This document shows positions 42,001-51,753 of a stretch of 64,000 nucleotides of DNA, piece after piece. The translations under genes and the position numbers were made by a program. Under the pieces are notes generated by a model. That model worked only from the letters and a program-made list of their open reading frames with translations. It had not been told where the DNA came from and made no database searches. The stretch comes from an uncultured Methylomirabilota bacterium (GTDB lineage Bacteria; Methylomirabilota; Methylomirabilia; Methylomirabilales; 2-02-FULL-66-22). Every line of letters begins with the position of its first letter. The stretch's first letter is position 1. The stretch covers positions 4,064,001 through 4,128,000 of the forward strand of contig OY970067.1 in the NCBI GenBank assembly GCA_963705305.1, in the 5' to 3' direction.

Positions 42001-42174
42001 AAGGAGCTTCGCCTGGATGCGCCCTTTGAGCTCGGCCGCCGCCTTGCGGGTGAAGGTGGTCGCGAGGATCCGGGCGGGATCGAGACCCGAGGCGACGGCC
42101 TCGGCGATCACTTCGCACAGCCGGGTGGTCTTCCCCGAGCCGGCCCCGGCGCGGATGACCCGCAGCGTTCCCAT
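39046..42174 (-). CDS. AddA-like UvrD helicase + PD-(D/E)XK nuclease (operon 2)
   Basis: AGAGSGKT, TFTRKAA, VDEFHD, VGDAKQSIFGFRG, NYRS, TYHSAKGLEW, LLYVGFTRA, ADL...VDHK and QLGAY. Confidence 0.92.
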   Translation of the reverse strand: MGTLRVIRAGAGSGKTTRLCEVIAEAVASGLDPARILATTFTRKAAAELKGRIQAKLLTHPGLGSRERTAAAERLELASIGTVHSVGHQLLARYALPLGFSPRLAVLEETGSTRALHDLLGRMQADPWVALAALTGRLSLGSPQALVLGLLDAKRGNRIGDGAFRAQLRAGGTRLCTLMAPGGRAEPGLAFDAFYSRIAAVLDRIDGLKDDTKTTRDARRQLARILAARSGAWADVCWAAGIKAGKTSGADAALAPLRAEAAGVLTWRSLHQDIGELLDRLAERTLALEHEYAAYKRERGLLDFTDLEVWLLRLLETPALAASVAMDFALVVVDEFHDTNPLQLAIFQRLRALADQSYWVGDAKQSIFGFRGTDPELIRAVWGAVPETARDRLPNNYRSQAGLVRLVGRLFRPLFGEEAMLVPDKPGKPRGVERWILGGTNVKEEARALAAGVRTLRDEGRLLRDVAILTRTNSQAQRIGEACRALGLPALLELPGLLATREGALTLAGLQLTVDRGDSLAAATILHLLEDPAAETPAWLAERLRALRAAEESQAASARPWADHPALAPLEAIDHRTLPPTVALQRVLDALRVGDRLRSWGNPAQRLANLDALVRLAQAYEQEMQVLGSAATLPGLVAHFIRLSDDEADLTRAPYGIDAVTILTYHSAKGLEWPVVVLSGLEAERDPDMWKVRVGGGDPAADDPLAGRIIRYWPWPFGSRSAGTDLDDRVLNAPEGQEAAARAEAESNRLLYVGFTRAKETLVLAHREGRYAWLASLPDVDALLPPIGPDGEHPLEGLETTYVLRRLEPPPEDGSGSPADLRQRWLAALGDSAGSVEHIPRYYSPSSVEGHSPSAVEAPVPEAAVAVELLPGQPVFPKVPEAQEAALGQAVHAYLTALPSMVDLPPARRLAIAARCLRGFGVEELLTPTILVEMGDRLRDWVAGRYPGAAWHTEVPLTAPRGAGGQWVGSADLVLHLPDATLVVVDHKCGPVARTQCAQKAATYAGQLGAYRAALASQEATVRESWIHFPLAGAMARLPRQT

Positions 42175-42243
42175 CAGGAGAGCCTCGCCAGGCCGCAGAG
42201 GACCTGGTAGTCGCAGTACGTGCAGGGCTCCCGCTCGCTGCGG
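42174..42243 (-). pseudogene. Displaced C-terminal tail of addB-like gene 2
   Basis: SEREPCTYCDYQVLCGLARLS*; the stop overlaps the addA ATG. Confidence 0.85.
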
Positions 42244-42406
42244 TGGAGGCGCCACCATCGAGATCGTCGCTTTTCGGCGGGAAGGGCACCGGCAGCGCCA
42301 CGATGGATCCCGGCACTGTGAGGCGCGAGGCAGACGGGTGCGCAGGCGCGGGAGATTTGAGGCGCCAACACGCCCGTCGCAGGGAGACGCGGGCAGCGGA
42401 CCCCGA

Positions 42407-43177
42407 CTACGAAGGTGTCGCGACCTTCGGCGCGGGGCGGCGGTGGGTCTCGCGATAGCTCGTCCCTTCCAGGTGGAAGACCTCGGCCCGCTCCGCGAGC
42501 CGGTCCAGGATGGCGTGCGCCACGGCGTCGTCGGCGAAGATCTGATTCCACTCGCCAAACGTGCGATTCGTGGTGACCACCGTTGGCTTCCGCCGGTCAT
42601 GCCGGACGGAGATCACCTGGAACACGAGGTGGCTCTCCGGCTGGCGCAGGCTGACGTACCCGACCTCGTCGATCTCCAGCAACCCGGGGCTCTGGTACGT
42701 CTTGAGCGCCCGGTGCAAGGTCTTCGTCGCCTCCGCCGCGCTCAGGTGGTTCACCATGGCGGCGAGCGACGTGAACAGGACGCTCTGCCCGCGTTGGCAC
42801 TGGGCATAGCCCAAGGCCCGGGCGAGATGCGTCTTCCCCAAGCCACTCCCCCCGACGAACAGCGCCCCGATCCCCTCGACCACGAGGTCGGTGGCCAAGA
42901 GGTTCAGGTAGCGACTCCGGAGCTTCCGGGTGGCGACGCTGTACTCGAAGTTGAACGTGTCTGCCGTCTGCAGCTGGACGAAGCGCGCGGCCCTGATCCG
43001 CGCCGCCACCTTCTGCTCGCTCCGCCGCGTGAGCTCCCGATCGACGAGCCCCTCGAGCACCGCGCGGACTGCCGCGCGTTCGGCGGGATGCCGCTCGCCC
43101 CACGCGGCGAGGAACGCGGGGGCACTCATGAGCTGGAGCTGGGTCAGCTTCTCCTCAAGCGTCGGGGTTGCCATCAT
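42407..43177 (-). CDS. istB: IS21 helper ATPase
   Basis: GGSGLGKTHLA, IDEVGY, VTTNR and AILDRL. Confidence 0.92.
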   Translation of the reverse strand: MMATPTLEEKLTQLQLMSAPAFLAAWGERHPAERAAVRAVLEGLVDRELTRRSEQKVAARIRAARFVQLQTADTFNFEYSVATRKLRSRYLNLLATDLVVEGIGALFVGGSGLGKTHLARALGYAQCQRGQSVLFTSLAAMVNHLSAAEATKTLHRALKTYQSPGLLEIDEVGYVSLRQPESHLVFQVISVRHDRRKPTVVTTNRTFGEWNQIFADDAVAHAILDRLAERAEVFHLEGTSYRETHRRPAPKVATPS

Positions 43178-44654
43178 GGTCCTCCGGATCGGCGTCGAGG
43201 AGCAGGGCATCGTACCGCTGCAGGTTGGGGCGCACCGGCGGCACGCTCAATCGGGGATCCCCGAGCGTGAGTGGGGGCGGCGCCACGGGCGGCGTGTCCT
43301 GGAGCCGGAGCCACTGCTCGACCTGGTGGCTCCCGACGATGGCCTGGGCGAGGCACGCGGCGAGCGCGGCTTCCACCGCGGCCGGGCCATAGAGGGTCGT
43401 GAGGAGCAGCAGGTGGTCCAACTCCGTCCGGAGCGAGCGCGTCCCCGCCCGGATGAGTTCCAGGTACTGCCGGGCCGCGGGCCCCAGCGCCTGCACGGCC
43501 TCGACCTGCCAGTGGGCCTGCGCACCGGGCTTGGTGGCCAGGAGCCCGTCGGCGTGGGCCGGGAGCACCACCTCCACCCCGCGCCGCCAGCAGCGGCCAT
43601 GCCGCGCCACGCGATGGGTGCCATACCAGAGGGTCACCGTGTCCGCATCCGCTCGCAGCGTGAGCGGCTTCCCCACCAAGCGCCAGGGGACCGAGTACCG
43701 GTTCCCGTCGAAGGCCACGCGGAAGCTCGGCGGCACCACCACGCTCCGCACCTCGTCCGTGTCGTACGGCTCCCCCAGTGGGAGCAAGGCCGGCCGCTCC
43801 TCGGCGACGAGGAGCGCGGGGATCTTCCGGGTCACGCGGTGCTCGCGCTGGTTCGCGATCGTGTCCCGCCACGCCTGGGCCTGCGTGTTCAGATCGGCGA
43901 GATCGCGGAAGGTCCGCCCCGGCCAGAAGTTCGTCCGGAGGTACTTGATGGCGTCCTCGACCCGCCCCTTCTCGTTCCCTTTGCCCACGTTGCAGGCCAC
44001 CGGCCGGAAGCGGTGGTGGCCGGCGTACGCCAGGAAGCGCGGGTGGAAGCGGACGAGCTTCCCGTGCCGCTCGGCCACCGCCGTCGCCAGGTTGTCGTAC
44101 CAGCACTCCTTTGGGCAGCCGCCCACGAAGGCGAAGGCAGCCTCGTGGCACCGCAGGAACGCCTCGAGGGTCTGGCTGAAGGTGAAGGTGACGGTCAAGA
44201 GCCGGGAGTAGCACAGGACGAGCACGAAGGCATGGACGGCCCGGCCGATCCCGAAGACGTCGCCGAACTCGCCCCAGTCCACCTGGGCGGCCTCCCCGCG
44301 GCCGAAGCTGAGCGTGGCCATGGCAGCTGGCGCGGCACTCGGCCGCAGCCGGCGCACGGCGCCCCGCAGCGCGCTGCTGCCGCCCCGGTAGCCCTCCTGC
44401 CGGAGCACCTGGAAGATCGTCACCGCCGAGCGCGCCGGGTCCTCGGTGAGCAGCGCCTGGATGCGGGCCCGGAACGGCGTGACCACCGTGGTCCGCGGCG
44501 CCGGCGGCGCGGGCACCAAGGCCACGCTCCGGCGCAGCGCCACCTTCCGGGCGCTCTCCCGGTGGATGCCGAGGTGGCGAGCGATCTGGCTGTAGCCCCA
44601 GCGCTCGGCATAGCGGAGCCGGAGGATCTCGGCTTGAATCGCGGCGGCCAGCAT
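43155..44654 (-). CDS. istA: IS21 DDE transposase
   Basis: HTH, AQVDWG, LCYSR, YDN, EKGRVE and FDGNRYSVP. Confidence 0.92.
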   Translation of the reverse strand: MLAAAIQAEILRLRYAERWGYSQIARHLGIHRESARKVALRRSVALVPAPPAPRTTVVTPFRARIQALLTEDPARSAVTIFQVLRQEGYRGGSSALRGAVRRLRPSAAPAAMATLSFGRGEAAQVDWGEFGDVFGIGRAVHAFVLVLCYSRLLTVTFTFSQTLEAFLRCHEAAFAFVGGCPKECWYDNLATAVAERHGKLVRFHPRFLAYAGHHRFRPVACNVGKGNEKGRVEDAIKYLRTNFWPGRTFRDLADLNTQAQAWRDTIANQREHRVTRKIPALLVAEERPALLPLGEPYDTDEVRSVVVPPSFRVAFDGNRYSVPWRLVGKPLTLRADADTVTLWYGTHRVARHGRCWRRGVEVVLPAHADGLLATKPGAQAHWQVEAVQALGPAARQYLELIRAGTRSLRTELDHLLLLTTLYGPAAVEAALAACLAQAIVGSHQVEQWLRLQDTPPVAPPPLTLGDPRLSVPPVRPNLQRYDALLLDADPEDHDGNPDA

Positions 44655-44707
44655 GGGGCACCTCCTTCCGGATGCCCCGGGTGTACCACCGAACTCCCGA
44701 TCCGCCT

Positions 44708-44932
44708 ATCGCGTCTCGTATCACCTTCCCGCGGCGCACTAACGGGGGCGAAGGGCCCGTGGGATCAGGGCTTGACGCCAGATCGCGTCTCGCGCCCTCA
44801 TGCAGTTAGGAGGGTGTAACCCCGCGGGAACCCAGCCCGAACCGACCAGATCGCGTCTCGCGCCGTCCGGGGTGCATTCTAGGGGGCCCGAACCCCGCAT
44901 GGGGGTTGCCCTTGCGCCATAATCGCGTCTCG
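44708..44932. repeat. Four regularly spaced ATCGCGTCTCG repeats
   Basis: Starts at 44708, 44782, 44850 and 44922. Confidence 0.85.
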
Positions 44933-45205
44933 CATCGCAGGGAGCACGCCGCGCAGGAAGCTCGCCACCTGGCGCGGGGAGACCGGCGTGGGCGCGGCCC
45001 GCGCCCGGGCCGGGTGCACGTAGTCCCGGTAGTGCGTGCGGGTCACGGCACGGTTCCGGCGGCGCCAAGCCCGACAGCTGGCGGCATGCCGCTGCTGCTG
45101 ACAGGCGGGCGCCCCGCAGGTCCATTGCCGCGGCCCCAGGCGGGGATGCGGACGGAAGAGAGTCTGACAGAAGGGGCACCGTCGGCGCCGCGGAGCTCGG
45201 GGCAT
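44879..45205 (-). CDS. Small Zn-finger protein inside IS21
   Basis: CPFC...CGAPAC followed by a basic helix. Confidence 0.6.
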   Translation of the reverse strand: MPRAPRRRRCPFCQTLFRPHPRLGPRQWTCGAPACQQQRHAASCRAWRRRNRAVTRTHYRDYVHPARARAAPTPVSPRQVASFLRGVLPAMRDAIMAQGQPPCGVRAP

Positions 45206-45396
45206 CGATTCACCTCCCAGATGGAAGGCGACACCGTACCCGATGGGCCGGGCTTCCGCTCAGGATGGATACCGGGAGGTAAGTTGGACCGAACCTAGGC
45301 GGGCCTCTCGAGAAAGGGAACCACCGGATGAACGATCACTGACGGTGACGACTGCCGTCGTGGTGAAAGGTGACAACGTCTATGGTGTTGCGGCCA

Positions 45397-48026
45397 CTGC
45401 GGTCCCTGCGGGGATCGGTGTCGATCATGAGGTCCGCTCCCTCCGGCCACTCGGCGGGGTCCTGGAGGGGGCGGGCGGGAACGGGCTCACCCGCCGTGAG
45501 CCAACGTTCGGCTCGTGCGACGGCGGATGCCAGGTTATTCCAGACCGCGCCCATCGCGGGTCCTGGGATGACCTGGGCGGGCTCGGCGCCTTTGAGGGGA
45601 CTTCCCTCCGGGGTGTAGAGGAGCCCGTCGGCCAAGATGAGGTAGCCAACACCGGGCAGGCGACCGGACGCCGCCTGGGAACGCGCGTGGGCATAGGTGG
45701 AGAGCTGGACGGCGCGTCCCTCCTCCAGGAGGCGGCGATACTTCTCGCGCCCGGCGTACTTGAAGTCGATCACGCCCTCCTCCCCGTCCCGCCGCTTGAG
45801 GAGGCAATCGATGAAGCCAAGGAGATTCCGCCCGAGGGCCGTTCCCTCGATGGGCACCTCGAAACCCTCGATCCGGTACCCGCCGGCGCGGAGGGCGCCG
45901 GCGAACGTGCGGGCGGCGGCGGCCAGCTCGCTTCGGAGGCGGAGGCGCTCCTCGAGCCGCACCGGCTGGGCGAGGGGAGCCGCGTCGAGGGGAAGCCGCT
46001 CGTCGAAGCGCCGGAGGACCGCCTGCTCCGCGGCCTCGGGTGGGTAGGCGGTCCCATCGGCCTGGCGGACGGCCTGGAGGACCAAGTGGCCGAAGGTCCC
46101 CTTCAGGAGAAAGTCGTCCGGGAGGCTCACCAGGGCGCCCGGCTCGAGGCGGGCGGCGTAGCGGAGGACCCACTGGAGCGGACAGCCGAGGCGGCAGGTG
46201 AGGTCGCTCGCCGAGGTCTTGGTCCGATCCCGCAGGAGGCCCGGCGGAAGGCTCCAGCGCGGCCGGATCGGCTGCGCAGGCTGGACGGCGAAGGTGTCCT
46301 GCCCGAAGCGCCAGGGAGACACAACCTCCGGAGGGCCGGCCGTCAAGATGGATTCGAGGTCGATGGGGTGTCGAGCCTCTCCCCGTTCGAGCGCGCCGTT
46401 GATCTGCAGCCAGATCGGATGGGGTCGAAGTTCCTCATCGGTAGGGAGGGCGATCGCCAGGAGGGCCTCGGTCACGCGGAGGAGACCTCGGCGCTCCGCC
46501 TCCCGGCGGGCGGTGACGGCCCGGCTGCCATCGTCGAGGTCGATCCCAACAGCCCGGAGCGCCTGGATGTCCTGGGCGGTCCAGTGCGGGGTCGGAGGAT
46601 CGGCCGTCCCCAGGCCCAGCCAGATCAGCCGGGCGCAGGGCGCCGGGATCTCGGCCAGGCTCGCCACCAGGCGCGGGCCGCCGGCGGCCTCCAGGTGCGG
46701 CTGCGCCGCGAGGCCCTGGGGGAGGGTGGCCTCCAGAAGGCGGGCGAGCTGCGGCTCCGAAATGTCGCCGCCCTGCGTCGCGACCAGGGCGCCGAGCGTG
46801 CTCGCCTGGCCTGCCGCGGTCTCCAGGGCCTCGGAGAGGGCCGCCTCGGGTGGGGCAGCCTCGGCGAGGGCCCGCGCGCGTCCCGTCGCCCACTGCGCCA
46901 CGCGGGCGCACCGCTCCTTCACCAGGCTGGCGGGGAGGAGGCTCCCCCAGGGGCGTCGCTCGATCTCGAGCCAGGTCCGGAGGCGCTCCCGCAGCGCCCC
47001 GTCCGGATCGGCCTCGGGGGCGCAGAGCTCTTCCAGCGTCTCCTCCCACGCGTGGCTCCCGAGACCCGGCTGCCTAGCCAGGGCGTCCGCGAGGCGGCGG
47101 GCTGCCCGGCGCGGGATCGGGCCGACGGGCAGGGCGAGGAAATCGAGAAGGACGGCCGGGTCTACCGGCTCCCAGCAAAGGCGCAGGGCCAGGGGAAGGA
47201 CCTGGAGCACCGGGTGGGCGAGGGTGAGGAGGCTCGCCCCGGCGGTGGAGAGCCCCAGGCGCCCGAGGCATCCATCCAGCGCGAGGGCGACGGTCGGATC
47301 CTCGCAGCAGATGACGGTATCCGTGAGGCGCGCCGGCTCGGCCGCCAGGGCGCGAGCGACGGCCTCGCAGGCCGCCAGTGCGCTCCGGCTCCGGAGCCAG
47401 CGGAGACTGGGATCGGGTCGTGCGGGGGGGAGTGTTCCCTCGATGAGCTGGTCCTGGATCGTCCGGAGGGCTGTCCCGGAGTTTGCGCTTGGGGGACAGC
47501 CTGGGGGAGCTGCGGTCGAGAGACGGGCCAGGACCGAGCGCCAGCGAACCGGCCAGAGGTCAGGGGGATCGATAAGGATGATCCGGTGCGAGGGGGGTCG
47601 CTGGCCCTCGTCCAAGGCGGCCAGGACCCGCGCCAGCCGCTCGGCCTCGTCCGGCCACCGGAGGGGAGTGCGCTCGGTCGCCCCGGCGAGATCGTTGAGG
47701 AGGGGCGGGAGGCCAGGATCGGTGCGGCCGTCCCAGCCGGCCAGCCGGAGCGCGTCCCGCCGCCCGAGCAACTCGCTGGCGGTTCCCCAGCGGTCCGCGG
47801 TCAGGCTCGCCGCGAACGAGGGGCCAGGCGCCCGGTCGAGGGCGGTGGCAAACTCGAGGACTCGGGTGGAGTGGGGCGGCGGGGCGAACTGAAGGCCGAA
47901 CTGGGTCTCGAGCCAGCGGAGGAGCACCTCGGGTCCGCCGCGGTGGACGTTCCACGAATGCTCTCCGACTGGCGGCCGCACGGGGGAGCCCGTGAGCTGG
48001 ACCTCGAGCTGCGTGATGTCCGCCAT
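45397..48026 (-). pseudogene. AddB-like PD-(D/E)XK nuclease (operon 2), interrupted by IS21
   Basis: SASDL...GCPLQW, GFIDCL...IDFKY and QLSTY. The last three Fe-S cysteines lie on the far side of the IS. Confidence 0.85.
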
Positions 48027-48166
48027 CGGAAGCCCTCCATGTGCGGGTGGCTGCCTCAGGTCTTCTAGCGCTTATCCGCCCTTCGGTCAAGGGAGAGGGA
48101 CAACTTGTCCGGGACAACGATTCGACATCGCTCATCTGCTGAGAGGAGCGTCGCAGCGGTGGGGGG

Positions 48167-48200
48167 ACCATACAGCATCACTGTGCGATGTAACGCCACA
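48167..48200 (-). promoter_or_regulatory. Conserved palindromic box + -10 (copy 6), upstream of addB/addA operon 2
   Basis: Minus strand: TGTGGC-GTTACAT-CGCACA-N9-TATGGT. Confidence 0.6.
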
Positions 48201-48899
48201 ACCTCTTGGCCGTCTGAGGCGGGTTGGTAGGGGGGGGAGACCACATAGAGCCCAGCGTCGCAAAAAGGTGAGATGGGCGGGCGGGAAGGATCTGCGGAAA
48301 ATTCCGCCTGGCGGCATCAGTGGCCGCGCTGCTGTGCCACTTCGAGGTTCGGGAAATAGTCGTCCATAGCTCCGCCGGGCCCGCGTTACGGACTCTGGCC
48401 AGTATTTGGATGATATTGGCCCGCGACTCCAAGTACAAAATAAAGCTTTGCTTTATGCGGACACGCCAGATAGCGGTTTTACATTTTTGGTCAGCTCTAT
48501 AACTAATGGATTTATATGTTCTGGTTTCCGCTTGCGTGCCCCCGCAACCACGGGAACCAAGGGGTTAGCCGATGGCAATGGCTAGCCCCTTCGCCTTTTC
48601 AGAATACATTCGGAATAAACCGGCCAGGACCTACCCTGACGAGCAGAAATCAGGTCTGAAATCTAACCAGTGGTTTGGGCCCCTCCGACCCGATCCCTGT
48701 CCCATTGATCTCGCGTCTGGCGCAGCTGAAAGCTGCTGCGCCGGCTCCTCTGATGTGCGGTCTCTCAAAACAGCGCCCGAAACGCCTCCAGAACCGCTTC
48801 TGACCGTAACCCCATTGGGTATAAGGGCCTGGGCACTTCCCCCCAGGGGGGAGGGGCAGGGTGTCGGTTCGGCTCTTCTTCCTCTCGAGATTCCATCGT

Positions 48900-49245
48900 T
48901 CAAAAATCTCCCGGCGGCCGCCGCTCGTCCTCCAAGGCCGCGACCTCACGTTCCTTCGGGCGATGGTCGAGTACCGCCTTCTGTTTACTCCTCAATACCT
49001 CCTCCTCTTCCCCGAAAGCCGAGACCCTGTCTATCGACGACTTCAGCTTCTCTTCCACCATGGGTATCTCGATCGGCTGCGAGGAGACCCCACGGCCCCG
49101 ATGGTTTACGCCCTGGATCCGCGGGGAGCCGAGGTCCTCGTAGAGCGTGGATTGCTGCAAGACATCGGAGAGTGGCGGAAGAAAAACCGGGATTTTCACG
49201 AGCGCTACATTGCGCACCAGGGGATGATCACCGATTTCCGGGATG
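48900..49245 (+). pseudogene. Replication-relaxation (Replic_Relax)-like protein N-terminal remnant
   Basis: RDLTFL...YRLL..PQ...YRRLQLLFHHGYLDR...VYAL...G...H...ITDF, then degenerates. Confidence 0.55.
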
Positions 49246-49755
49246 GCCCGGGAGCGGTTTGTTCAGAAGCCCTCGGCGGTACCCCAGAATGCATTTACCC
49301 TGGACGGACGTGTCCGCAGGATGGGGCTGCAGGATCACTCCGCCCCACGCCCCGGGGGCCAACAGCCATCCGACCGTCAAGACAGAAATGAGGCAGAGCG
49401 TGAGCGTCGAGGGTATCTCAATGTCTGCGGACGACCCGGCACCGGTCAATGGCGGTTAACCCCTTGGGCGGCAATCGGTTCCATCCTCGGGCAGGATGGT
49501 ATGCGCCGGCCAGAAGGAGTGCGGGCAAACCCTCAGCGCCCTAACGGCGTAGCCGCGCTCCAGGCATCTGGCGCAACCGGGTGCGGCGCTGCGCCGCCAC
49601 GGGGCGCTGTGCATTCGAAGGCGGACTTGCGTATCCTTTGACGATGGTGGAACCGCGAGGTATAGTCCTGCCGTCCGACAGGGGGGGCGACCGACTGGCA
49701 TGGGAGCGCGCCCGGAGACCCCCCGTGGTGGGCCCCAGGCGGGAGTGGAGGGACG

Positions 49756-51162
49756 ATGGAGCGCGAACCAAAGGTCCTGATTGTGGACGACACGCCAATG
49801 TTCCGAGCGCTCCTCCGCGAGGCACTCGGGCCGGCCGGCTTCGAAGTGATGGAGGCGGGTGACGGCCTGAGTGCCCTGTCGCTCGTGAGGACGGAGGCGC
49901 CGGCGGCGGTGGTCCTCGACCTCGTGATGCCCAAACTGGACGGGCTCCAGACCCTGGAGCGGCTGCGAGCCATCGCGCCCAAGGTACCGGTCATCATGGT
50001 GACCGCACATGGGGATATCCCCACGGCCGTCCGCGCCATGCAGATGGGGGCATACCACTACCTCACCAAGCCGTTGCAAAACGAGGAAGTTGTCCTGCTG
50101 GTCAAGCGGGCGGTGGAGCACCATCGGCTCCTCCTGGAGGTGGAGGGGCTCAGGGACCAGCTCACGATGGGCAGCTCGCTCCTGTCGCTCTTGGGTCCGA
50201 GCAGGCAGGCGGCGGAGATCGCGCAGCGGGCAGGACAGGTCGCCGATTCGTCGCTCACGATCCTGATCCAGGGGGAGACGGGGACCGGCAAGGAACTGGT
50301 GGCTCGCGGCATTCACGGGATGAGCGCGCGGCGTCACGGGGCCTTCGTGGCTCTGGACTGCGGCGCCATCCCCGAGGCCCTGGTGGAATCCGAGCTCTTC
50401 GGCCATGAGAAGGGGGCATTTACCGGGGCGCACCGGGGGCGCGAGGGGCACTTCCGGCTTGCCCACGGCGGGACCCTGTTCCTGGACGAGGTAGCCAACC
50501 TATCGGCCACCGCGCAGGCGAAGCTCCTGCGGGCCCTCCAAGAGCGGCAGGTGCGTCCTGTGGGGGGGGAGCGCCCCGTCGCGGTGGACGTGCGTGTGCT
50601 TGCGGCATCCAACCTCCTCCTGGAGCAAGAGGTCCAGCGAGGACGCTTCAGGCAGGACCTGTACTACCGGCTGGCAGAGGTCGCCATCACCTTGCCCCCG
50701 CTGCGAGAGCGGCGCGAGGATATCCCCTACCTCGCCAAGCTGTTCCTCGCCGAAGCCGGCATAGAGCTGGGCAGGCCGGCGGCCGGGATCTCGGAGGCGG
50801 CGGCTGACCTCCTCTTGAACTACTCATGGCCAGGGAATGTCCGAGAGCTCAGGAACGTCATTCGTCGCGGACTCCTCCTGAGCGGGGGGGTCATCCTGCC
50901 GGAGCACCTCGAGTGGTTTGCCGTGGGCGGGCCGCCCGTCGAAGGTGCTGTAGGGCCCGAGATCGGGGCGCCCAGACACTCCCTGAAGGAGGCACGCGAG
51001 CGAAGCGCCGCCGCCGGCGAGCGAGAGGCCATCTGCCAGGCGCTCGTGGCCGCACGAGGCAACAAAACCGGGGCCGCCCGACTGCTTCGGACAGACTTCA
51101 AGACCCTCCACCTCAAGATGCGGCGGTACGGCATCCAGGCGCGCGAGTATCGCAACCCCTGA
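49756..51162 (+). CDS. Sigma54-dependent response regulator (NtrC/AtoC family)
   Basis: REC domain, GETGTGKE, ESELFGHEKGAFTGA, FRQDLYYRL, WPGNVREL and Fis HTH. Confidence 0.95.
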   Translation: MEREPKVLIVDDTPMFRALLREALGPAGFEVMEAGDGLSALSLVRTEAPAAVVLDLVMPKLDGLQTLERLRAIAPKVPVIMVTAHGDIPTAVRAMQMGAYHYLTKPLQNEEVVLLVKRAVEHHRLLLEVEGLRDQLTMGSSLLSLLGPSRQAAEIAQRAGQVADSSLTILIQGETGTGKELVARGIHGMSARRHGAFVALDCGAIPEALVESELFGHEKGAFTGAHRGREGHFRLAHGGTLFLDEVANLSATAQAKLLRALQERQVRPVGGERPVAVDVRVLAASNLLLEQEVQRGRFRQDLYYRLAEVAITLPPLRERREDIPYLAKLFLAEAGIELGRPAAGISEAAADLLLNYSWPGNVRELRNVIRRGLLLSGGVILPEHLEWFAVGGPPVEGAVGPEIGAPRHSLKEARERSAAAGEREAICQALVAARGNKTGAARLLRTDFKTLHLKMRRYGIQAREYRNP

Positions 51163-51753
51163 CCCGTTCCGACGCTCAATCAGGGTTTCCTTCTCTCCTC
51201 TTGCGTATCCCGGACCCATAGTCTGGCTACCCCGCCATGGGAATTTTGCCAGGAGGCTGGGCCCGCGCCCCCGCCGAGATGCCACCCAGACCCGGCGAAG
51301 CACCTCCGTTCCTCTCGATCGCCTGCGCCGAGATTCGCTCATGGCATGCGGCGCGTGACTCCTGGTCGGCAAAAGGAACAAGAACGTCACCTGCCCTGGA
51401 CCCTCGTTTTTAGCTGAGGTTAAGCGGAGGGCTGCCGTTTTGGTTTTTCGGCGGTCGTACTGGATCGGATCGGATCGCCTTCTGCTGATCCATGCAGGAT
51501 TCAGGTTCAACCGTGCGTCGCCCGCTGTCCGTGCGGTGTCCTGCTTGAACGGCACGGGAAGTGCATACATACCTACTCACGAATAGCACCAACAGGCCAG
51601 ACGCAAGATGTATCCGCTCCCTGGGCCGGTCTGTCCCTCTCCCAACACAGACACGATGAAAGGCCTGGGCTCTGCCCCGGGCAAGGCTCGCGGGGGTTGA
51701 GGCAAGCTCGCTGCACTGAGAGCGGGAACGGACTCGCTTGAGCTGAGAGGAAA

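Larger units (their letters stand above)
42244..45396 (-). mobile_element. IS21-family element (3153 bp)
   Basis: TG...CA ends with IRs TGGAGGCGCCACCAT / ATGGTGTTGCGGCCA. 6-bp target duplication CTGCGG at 42238-42243 and 45397-45402. Confidence 0.9.

Noticed and set aside
42175..42600. N-terminal extension of the 1184-aa helicase ORF
   Set aside because: It overlaps istB and the IS end. The real start is 42174, just before Walker A.
44708..44932. CRISPR mini-array
   Set aside because: The repeats are only 11 bp with ~60-bp spacers, inside an IS, with no cas genes.
45243..48068. Long antisense ORFs (also 39796-42210, 55705-58692, 57393-60020)
   Set aside because: Shadow ORFs of GC-rich genes on the opposite strand, with no motifs.
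51350..51365. 15/16 match to the reconstructed IS110 empty site (GGCGCATGACTCCTGG)
   Set aside because: A single match in GC-rich DNA, and the left junction itself is uncertain.
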